The notes beneath the pieces were generated by a model. The model ran no database searches and was not told where the DNA came from. It worked only from the letters and a program-made list of their open reading frames with translations. The position numbers and the translations under genes are program-made. Shown here one piece after another: positions 17,562 to 24,023 of a stretch of DNA of 32,000 bases. The stretch's first letter is position 1. Each line of letters starts with the position of its first letter. Origin of the DNA: Crocosphaera subtropica ATCC 51142 (GTDB lineage Bacteria; Cyanobacteriota; Cyanobacteriia; Cyanobacteriales; Microcystaceae); contig NC_010546.1 in the NCBI RefSeq assembly GCF_000017845.1, forward strand, positions 240,001-272,000. The letters are read 5' to 3'.

Positions 17562-17743
17562 TAGAATGCTTCTCCATCTGGGGTAATAACAATTTCAATA
17601 TTTTCTTGATGTCCCGCTAATATAAATAGATTTTGGTTTCGTTCATCTAAACGAATAATATGAATCGGTTGGAACATCACATTGGTTAAAGTATAACTTA
17701 GCAAATATAAACGTTTAAGTTGTGCTAAAGTCGGTTCATTCAT
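17561..17743 (-). CDS. small hypothetical protein (60 aa), upstream member of a coupled pair
   Basis: The ORF is MNEPTLAQLKRLYLLSYTLTNVMFQPIHIIRLDERNQNLFILAGHQENIEIVITPDGEAF. It shares 1 nt with the start of the next ORF. A HIP1 site lies just upstream (17747-17754). Confidence 0.5.
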   Translation of the reverse strand: MNEPTLAQLKRLYLLSYTLTNVMFQPIHIIRLDERNQNLFILAGHQENIEIVITPDGEAF

Positions 17744-17763
17744 TTTGCGATCGCTTTAAATAT

Positions 17764-17799
17764 AAAAAAAGAAACCCCATCTCAATTCTTAAGATGGGG
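17764..17799 (-). terminator. rho-independent terminator downstream of psbA
   Basis: On the minus strand the stem is CCCCATCT (complement of 17792-17799) paired with AGATGGGG (complement of 17775-17782), with a 9-nt loop. It is followed by TTTCTTTTTTT (17764-17774). It lies 37 nt after the psbA stop. Confidence 0.65.
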
Positions 17800-17835
17800 C
17801 TAGATGAGAAAAGGGTTTTAAGATTGAATCAAAGT

Positions 17836-18897
17836 TTATTTAAGAGCGATTAAGGTTTGTTCACCACTGGCTAAGTCTAAGGGGAAGTTATGAGCATTTC
17901 GTTCGTGCATCACTTCCATGCCAATACCTGCACGGTTAAGAACATCGGCCCAGGTACCAATAACACGACCTTGAGAATCTAAGACAGATTGGTTAAAGTT
18001 AAATCCATTAAGATTAAAGGCCATGGTACTAACACCCATCGCAGTAAACCAAATACCAATTACTGGCCAAGCTCCTAAGAAGAAGTGTAAGGCACGACTA
18101 TTGTTAAAAGAAGCATATTGGAAGATTAAACGACCAAAGTAACCATGAGCGGCCACAATATTATAGGTTTCTTCTTCTTGTCCAAACTTATAACCGTAGT
18201 TTTGAGATTCGGTTTCAGTGGTTTCACGCACTAAGCTAGAGGTCACTAAACTTCCGTGCATGGCAGAGAATAACGCACCACCAAATACACCTGCAACCCC
18301 TAACATATGGAAGGGGTGCATGAGAATATTATGTTCAGCTTGGAACACGAACATAAAGTTAAAGGTTCCACTGATTCCTAAAGGCATACCATCGGAGAAA
18401 GAACCCTGTCCGATGGGATAGATTAAGAATACAGCAGTAGCTGCAGAGACAGGTGCGCTATAAGCAACACAAATCCACGGACGCATCCCTAAACGATAAG
18501 AGAGTTCCCATTGTCTTCCCATCCAGCAGAAAATAGCAATGAGAAAATGGAAAATGACTAATTGATAAGGACCGCCGTTGTAGAGCCATTCATCGAGGGA
18601 TGCTGCTTCCCAAATGGGATAAAAGTGTAAACCAATGGCATTAGAGGAAGGAACAACGGCTCCAGAAATAATATTATTTCCATAGAGCAATGATCCTGCT
18701 ACCGGCTCACGAATCCCGTCAATATCAACAGGAGGTGCAGCAATAAAGGCAATGATAAAACAGATGGTAGCGGTTAGTAATGTTGGGATAAGAATGACAC
18801 CAAACCAGCCTACATATAGACGGTTATTAGTGCTAGTTATCCACTGACAAAACCGCTCCCATAGGGAAAGATTTTGGCTTTGTATGGTGGTTGTCAT
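17836..18897 (-). CDS. psbA: photosystem II reaction-centre protein D1
   Basis: 353-aa ORF that can be aligned to canonical D1 over its whole length from memory ([19 protein letters not shown]161 in [46 protein letters not shown]). All OEC ligands are present: D170, E189, H332, E333, D342, A344. Q130 indicates a D1:1-type form. The C-terminal extension is only 10 aa ([10 protein letters not shown]). Confidence 0.95.
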   Translation of the reverse strand: MTTTIQSQNLSLWERFCQWITSTNNRLYVGWFGVILIPTLLTATICFIIAFIAAPPVDIDGIREPVAGSLLYGNNIISGAVVPSSNAIGLHFYPIWEAASLDEWLYNGGPYQLVIFHFLIAIFCWMGRQWELSYRLGMRPWICVAYSAPVSAATAVFLIYPIGQGSFSDGMPLGISGTFNFMFVFQAEHNILMHPFHMLGVAGVFGGALFSAMHGSLVTSSLVRETTETESQNYGYKFGQEEETYNIVAAHGYFGRLIFQYASFNNSRALHFFLGAWPVIGIWFTAMGVSTMAFNLNGFNFNQSVLDSQGRVIGTWADVLNRAGIGMEVMHERNAHNFPLDLASGEQTLIALK

Positions 18898-18966
18898 GGG
18901 TAAATAATAACGAAATCACAACAATAATTAAGGACAGATTGTATCAATGATTACCTGACCTTGTTA

Positions 18967-18995
18967 TGTATAAGTATATTTACATTCATTGATAA
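18967..18995 (-). promoter_or_regulatory. putative sigma70-type psbA promoter
   Basis: On the minus strand: TTATCA (-35; 18990-18995), a 17-nt spacer, then TATACA (-10; 18967-18972). This gives a ~60-nt AU-rich leader. It is a by-eye match only. Confidence 0.25.
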
Positions 18996-19277
18996 TGATC
19001 CACTTTTTTTTGTATATTTTTATGAAATCAAAATATACTTTTATAATGTTTTGTGAAGATAAATAACAGGTTATTAAATAAGTGTAAATTACTGAATGAT
19101 CTCAAAAGAGATTGTGGAAGAGGGATTTTACGGTAGAAAAATCCAGTAAAATAGGAAAGGGTAACAGTGAGTCATTACCTAAAGCTAGAGAGTAACCCTC
19201 ATTGTATCAAGTTAACCTCTAATAATTAGAGTGATAGAGACTTATCGAGCCAATTATCTTTCTATTAATAAAAATTT

Positions 19278-19826
19278 ATGTCTAAGGCCAAACTTTTACA
19301 GCCTGATTTAATTTTAGGGGATACGATTCTTGGTTTAAGCCAGGAAGTTCTGGATCATTATCGCATTAAGGGATTAATTTTAGATGTGGATGAAACCCTA
19401 GTTCCCCTCAAAAAAGCCCATGTTTCTGAGGATTTAAGACAGTGGGTCGATCAAATTCGGCAGAAAACTCCTATTTGGCTAGTTAGTAATAATCTCAGTG
19501 AAAGTCGTATTGGTCGGATCGCCAACTCTTTGGAGTTACCCTATTTATTAGGGGCAGTCAAACCCTCTCGACGGAAACTGAAAAAGGCGATTCGTGCTAT
19601 GGAATTGCCCATTCCTCAAGTAGCGATGGTGGGCGATCGCTTATTTACCGATGTTTTAGCAGGAAACCGTATGGGAATGTTTACCATTTTGGTCAAACCG
19701 ATGGTTGATCCTGCGATCGCAGCCCGTTCCTATCCGATCCATAATTTTGAAGTGTGGATTTCTGAGAAACTGGGCATTTCTCTGCTGTCTTCGCAACAAA
19801 AGTTCACAAAAAGACATAAAAGGTAA
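19278..19826 (+). CDS. YqeG-family HAD superfamily (subfamily IIIA) phosphatase
   Basis: 182-aa ORF. HAD motif I is LDVDETLVP, motif II is VSNN, and motifs III/IV are K...GDRLFTDVLAGNRMG. The size and layout match the YqeG family. Confidence 0.75.
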   Translation: MSKAKLLQPDLILGDTILGLSQEVLDHYRIKGLILDVDETLVPLKKAHVSEDLRQWVDQIRQKTPIWLVSNNLSESRIGRIANSLELPYLLGAVKPSRRKLKKAIRAMELPIPQVAMVGDRLFTDVLAGNRMGMFTILVKPMVDPAIAARSYPIHNFEVWISEKLGISLLSSQQKFTKRHKR

Positions 19827-19872
19827 AAAAAGAAAACAAAAAAAGTATGAGGAGTCGGAAGACAAAACTCAA

Positions 19873-20154
19873 TTATGAAGGAACAGATTCTTGAACTTCT
19901 CTGGTGTAGGGGCTATGAATTTGAGCATAATAATCGAGAATGTCTAAAAGTCGCTGTTTTTCTAAAGAAGAAAGGCTAGAAGGATAACCTATTTCTAAAT
20001 GATCAATTTGACTTTGATCATAATTAAACTGTTGAGACTGTTGAGGAATCAACGCAATGGTAACCCCTTCAATTTGACGTAAATGAGCAGCTAATTCTCG
20101 ATAAACGGCCAAGGGTAAATGAGGATAAGTAATTTTTTCTTGTGTATGTGCCAC
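19873..20154 (-). CDS. hypothetical protein (93 aa)
   Basis: The ORF starts 26 nt downstream of the lipoprotein gene on the same strand. It has coding-like composition. No family recognised. Confidence 0.45.
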   Translation of the reverse strand: MAHTQEKITYPHLPLAVYRELAAHLRQIEGVTIALIPQQSQQFNYDQSQIDHLEIGYPSSLSSLEKQRLLDILDYYAQIHSPYTREVQESVPS

Positions 20155-20180
20155 TATTTTTACTTATTTTAACTAATGTT

Positions 20181-21314
20181 TTAAGACCAATCAGTTAAGG
20201 TGATTCTTACGTCTTCTTTGTTACGACCTCGAAGACCCAGTTCTGACTTTTGACTTTGATCATTTGCCCCTACACGGCCATCAAATTCAGCTTGAGTCCC
20301 AGGGCTTAATGTATAAGTTGCAGCTAGTTCAACTTTCATGCTGTTAATAATTTTGTTGGTTCCTTTTTCTGCAATTTGTAAGGTAAGAGTAGAAACTTTC
20401 AATGTTTCATTTCCATCATTACATAATGTGCCGTTAATTAAGGGATTAGCTGTATCTTCTCCTGTTAGCTGAACTTGTTGTAACATTAAATCCCTAATAA
20501 TTCCAAAACCATCGGGTCCGGGTGCTTGAACCGCAGAGCCTGACGAAGCAACTGCTTGAGAAGGACCGGGAGTCGGTGGATCAACTGGTTCTTCTGCCGG
20601 TTCTCCTACCCCACGAGGAATTTCTAACCCATACTGTTCTAAGACGATATAAGGGCGTTGGCTACTAGCATTGATAGCTTTGACCTTGACTTGTCCATTA
20701 GAGAGACTTCCCCCAACTCTTACCTGACGAGCGACGTTTTCATTAGGGGCTTTAACAATGGCGACAGGGGTTCCATTAAGTTGCATGACTCCTGATACCA
20801 CAACTCCTCTTGCTTCGTTAGGAATGGGTAAAACAGGAGCAAGCAAAGGAGCCGGTCCTATATCCGATACAGGGGTTCCTGTTCCTGGAGCTTGAGCTAC
20901 AGTGGCGATGGGTCTTTGCTCCAAGGTACATAGTTTTTCTGGTTGAGAAACGCCATTTTGGGCAACGTTTTGAGTAGAACCATTTGACCCCGTTGTTTGC
21001 CGAACAACTGGTTGAATCGGAATGACGGAAAAGGGATTATCCCGTCCTGTCTGAATATTTTTCCGACGTTCACTTGGGGTAGTGGAGGGGATTAATCCTT
21101 CGGTGGCTGATACTTGAGGGGGAGTCGGAGTGGGGGTGGTTTCTTCAAAGACTTCCCCTGGCTTTTCCTCGGAAGTTTCAGGAGGTTGGGGAGACTCAGC
21201 TACGGGTGATTCTTCTGATGGTTCTTGAGAACCTTGAAAAAGGCCGCATCCTCCCAACGTAAGAGCTATATAACTCAGCAATAGCATTGATGGAACTTTT
21301 TTGATCATGACCAA
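20181..21314 (-). CDS. lipoprotein with Pro-rich linkers and beta-rich domains (first resembles PilP/GspC-type)
   Basis: 377-aa ORF. It has a signal peptide plus lipobox (IALTLGG-C). A Pro/Glu/Thr-rich spacer is followed by GVVVSGVMQLNGTPVAIVKAPNENVARQVRVGGSLSNGQVKVKAINASSQRPYIVLEQYG, which fits the L.L.G....g...A.v......v..Gd.l..g.v.v..I....v.l...G pattern. A second Pro-rich linker and a second beta-rich domain follow. Confidence 0.55.
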   Translation of the reverse strand: MVMIKKVPSMLLLSYIALTLGGCGLFQGSQEPSEESPVAESPQPPETSEEKPGEVFEETTPTPTPPQVSATEGLIPSTTPSERRKNIQTGRDNPFSVIPIQPVVRQTTGSNGSTQNVAQNGVSQPEKLCTLEQRPIATVAQAPGTGTPVSDIGPAPLLAPVLPIPNEARGVVVSGVMQLNGTPVAIVKAPNENVARQVRVGGSLSNGQVKVKAINASSQRPYIVLEQYGLEIPRGVGEPAEEPVDPPTPGPSQAVASSGSAVQAPGPDGFGIIRDLMLQQVQLTGEDTANPLINGTLCNDGNETLKVSTLTLQIAEKGTNKIINSMKVELAATYTLSPGTQAEFDGRVGANDQSQKSELGLRGRNKEDVRITLTDWS

Positions 21315-21468
21315 AAGAAATTGATTCAGTTGATTACTCTACAATCTTAACTTGATTCTCTGAGAAAGTTGATGACCTACGATTAAGGTGAATAATCAGA
21401 TGAAATCTCTTTGAATACGATACTTGAGAGTAGGGTAAGTAGGGGGGCAGAGGGTGTAGATATTATCT

Positions 21469-22797
21469 TCATTGGTGACATAACCACATCTGGGCAGTTC
21501 TTGGGTTCATCGATAAAGTACAACGATCGCCCCCAAGCCTCATTTGACGATGGCTAATTAAATCCTCATAGGAACTGGATTTTAATCCCCAAGTGTTAAA
21601 CTCAACCGAGGTATCATAACCAGCTTTATTAATAGCAACGATTCCATTCTCTCCTCGTCGAAAGACTAACAGCAAATCGCTGTCGTATAAGATCGTCATG
21701 GGATTTCCATGAACTGCATTGTGAAATTTGATCATCGCCTTAATATCTTCTCGTTGAAAAGCGTCAAACCATCGATCACGATCTTTAGAATAAGTGTGAG
21801 CGGATTCGTTATGATCGGAGTAGATTAAAGGAAGTCCTCCATCTCTGCCTAAAATATAGACATAAGCTAAATGTTCATCCGTTGGATCAAGTAACCAACC
21901 GCGAAAATCCTTATTATGAGGGATATCATGATTAACGACAAAGGTAACAGCCCTATCCCAAGGTAATGCATTATTTTCGGCTTCAGGATGGGCTAATTTT
22001 CTCAGGGAACCCCCAAAGCCAAAGGCTTCTCGAATCGTTTGAAACAAAGGAAAATCATAGGCAGATATCCAGGTTTCCCGAAGGAAAGGGTCTAAAAAAA
22101 TATTTTCCTCGCAATCACTCCCAGTTAAGACTTCCCCAAAGAAGTAGCTTCCGGCTAAGGACTCACTATCCGCAAAATTATCAATCATGCGCTCACTCAA
22201 GTGCTTAATTGCATCAATGCGGAATCCATCAAATCCCATTGCTGCTAAAGCGATTAACATGGTTCTTTGTTGTGATAATACCCAGGGCGAGTCCATTAAG
22301 TCTGGCAAATTATTGTAATCCCCATAAATCACCCGATCCCGATCGCACCATTGGTCACGTTCAATATTTCCGCCTCGATTAAAGTCAAAAGGTGAAAATA
22401 ATCCCACACTTAAATCCCCATACAAGCGATTCGCTTCAAATAAGGCTTGATTCTTTCGATAATTAGCGAGTTCAGCCTCTCCTGGAAAATTTAAACGATC
22501 TGGCCGAGTTTCATTAGCCATGTGATTGATAATAATATCAGCATAGACTTTCAGTTTCGGCTCTATGGTATGACACTGTTCAATCAATTCTTTAAGTTCT
22601 TGTTTTCCTCCTAGATGAGAGAGAACCACTCGGTAATCTTTGGGTTGATAACATTGCCACCAGTCATGACCCTTGACATCTGAATAGATAGGTGGAGGAA
22701 TCAGCAATGCACCGTACCCTGCATCCCGTATTTCTCCGAGTCGATTAATAATTTCTTGATATTGCCAATTGAAGACATGAAGTACAACATCACGCAT
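21469..22797 (-). CDS. cytoplasmic GH13 alpha-amylase-family glycoside hydrolase
   Basis: All four GH13 conserved regions are present: DIIINH (I), GFRIDAIKH (II, nucleophile Asp), FFGEVL (III, acid/base Glu), FVVNHD (IV). There is no signal peptide. I placed the start at M16 of the track ORF because GAAGGAGG lies 8 nt upstream of that ATG (22795-22797). Confidence 0.85.
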   Translation of the reverse strand: MRDVVLHVFNWQYQEIINRLGEIRDAGYGALLIPPPIYSDVKGHDWWQCYQPKDYRVVLSHLGGKQELKELIEQCHTIEPKLKVYADIIINHMANETRPDRLNFPGEAELANYRKNQALFEANRLYGDLSVGLFSPFDFNRGGNIERDQWCDRDRVIYGDYNNLPDLMDSPWVLSQQRTMLIALAAMGFDGFRIDAIKHLSERMIDNFADSESLAGSYFFGEVLTGSDCEENIFLDPFLRETWISAYDFPLFQTIREAFGFGGSLRKLAHPEAENNALPWDRAVTFVVNHDIPHNKDFRGWLLDPTDEHLAYVYILGRDGGLPLIYSDHNESAHTYSKDRDRWFDAFQREDIKAMIKFHNAVHGNPMTILYDSDLLLVFRRGENGIVAINKAGYDTSVEFNTWGLKSSSYEDLISHRQMRLGGDRCTLSMNPRTAQMWLCHQ

Positions 22798-22890
22798 GAC
22801 ATTTTCCTCCTTCACAAACATCCCAACTGAGCGATCCCTCAAAGATTACCCAGTGTGGGATTGTGTGACCGTAACGTAAAGGATGGGTAA

Positions 22891-23406
22891 TTATTGAGCT
22901 AAGGCAAGGGATTTTAATTCCTGATTAATGGCATCTGTTAAAAAGGTGTGAACCCCTTCGGCTGTGAGTAGAGAATCAGGGTTTCCGGGAACAGACATCC
23001 GAACATTGCCTGTAATATTGGCAACGGCTAAATTCAATGGTTTGTCCTGGGTTTCTCCTAATACTTGACGGGCTGCTTTGGCCACGGTATTAACTAAAGC
23101 ATCTTGGTGTTTTTCAGCTAGTGCATTTTCTAGAAGAAAGATATCAAACCGTCCAAATATTTCGCTGTTTTTGGGTTGTTTTCCAGCAACAATTGCTTTA
23201 AATTCTTCGCTATAAACCCAAACCCAACCAGGGGCAAAACGTCCAATAACTTCTTTGGCGATCGCTTCATTTTTGGTACCTAAAAAGCCTAACTGTTCGG
23301 CAAAACTTTCTTTGAGTTGCTCAACCACTAATTCTGTGATTCTCATAGCAAGTTTATCAGCTAAGGAGGGGGAATAGGGGTAAATTCGACTTTCGATTAA
23401 TGGCAT
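22891..23406 (-). CDS. hypothetical protein, tautomerase-superfamily-like (N-terminal Pro1, two beta-alpha-beta halves)
   Basis: 171-aa ORF beginning MPLIESRIYPYSPSLADKLAMRITELVVEQL. This matches the 4-OT-like pattern of Met-Pro, a beta-strand, then a helix. A second similar unit lies around LNLAVANITGNVRM. AAGGAG is 10 nt upstream of the ATG. The functional call is tentative. Confidence 0.4.
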   Translation of the reverse strand: MPLIESRIYPYSPSLADKLAMRITELVVEQLKESFAEQLGFLGTKNEAIAKEVIGRFAPGWVWVYSEEFKAIVAGKQPKNSEIFGRFDIFLLENALAEKHQDALVNTVAKAARQVLGETQDKPLNLAVANITGNVRMSVPGNPDSLLTAEGVHTFLTDAINQELKSLALAQ

Positions 23407-23447
23407 AATTCGTTATCTCCTTTTTCTAGTTTCAAGAATGAATCGAA

Positions 23448-24023
23448 TTAAGTATTCACTAAGTTAAGTAAGTCCTCTGAGGCAAAAACATCTCGATAGA
23501 AGGTGAGTTGTTCCGTTTTTAAATAAACTCCCCCTTGATGTCCTCGTCTTAAAAAGGTCACATTTCCTTTAGCAATAGTTTCATGGGTAATATCGTCTAA
23601 ACACTGCCATTCAAAATAGACAACATCCCCTTTAAACATAACAATTGGCCAAGTCATTGTTACCCCTGGTTGAGCAATAATAGCCCACCAATGTTGTTCC
23701 CTTTCTGTGCCAGCATTTTTGCCATAAAAAGGACCGTCTTGACAGAAATATACTAATTCATCTCGATATTCTCCACTTAATAAATCGCCTCTTCCTTGAC
23801 GAAGTGCTTCACAATGAGTCGGCCACCATTGCTTATTTTCTTCCTCTATTTGCTTTTCGGTATATTGAGGAGTAATAGAAGGCAGTTCCCCTTGTTGAAG
23901 GCTAATATAATATTGGGCTAATTCGATGAGGTTAGCTCTTTTTTTCTGAGGAACTAATCCAGGTTGGGAGTAATCTGCTGATAATTCAGCGTAGTAGTTT
24001 TTCTTATTAACTAAGACTTGCAT
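23448..24023 (-). CDS. NTF2/SnoaL-like fold protein
   Basis: The C-terminal ~120 aa (WWPTHCEALRQGRGDLLSGEYRDELVYFCQDGPFYGKNAGTEREQHWWA...VMFKGDVVYFEWQC...GNVTFLRRGHQGGVYLKTEQLTFYRD) fit the SnoaL-like alpha+beta cone pattern. I chose the start at M21 of the track ORF (ATG 24021-24023), 9 nt after AGGAGA. It overlaps the stop of the upstream 903-aa gene by 17 nt. M19 (24029) is an alternative start. Confidence 0.5.
   Translation of the reverse strand: MQVLVNKKNYYAELSADYSQPGLVPQKKRANLIELAQYYISLQQGELPSITPQYTEKQIEEENKQWWPTHCEALRQGRGDLLSGEYRDELVYFCQDGPFYGKNAGTEREQHWWAIIAQPGVTMTWPIVMFKGDVVYFEWQCLDDITHETIAKGNVTFLRRGHQGGVYLKTEQLTFYRDVFASEDLLNLVNT

Noticed and set aside
17836-18897. Possibility that this psbA encodes a rogue/sentinel D1 (rD1) or the low-oxygen D1' form, given its divergent C-terminus.
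   Set aside because: All Mn-cluster ligands are present: D170, E189, H332, E333, D342, A344. The D1' marker positions keep the standard residues (G80, F158, T286).
22798-22842. A 15-codon N-terminal extension of the GH13 ORF (MRDRSVGMFVKEENV).
   Set aside because: The extension itself encodes the strong GAAGGAGG Shine-Dalgarno that sits 8 nt before the internal ATG at 22797. GH13 homology starts right after that Met.
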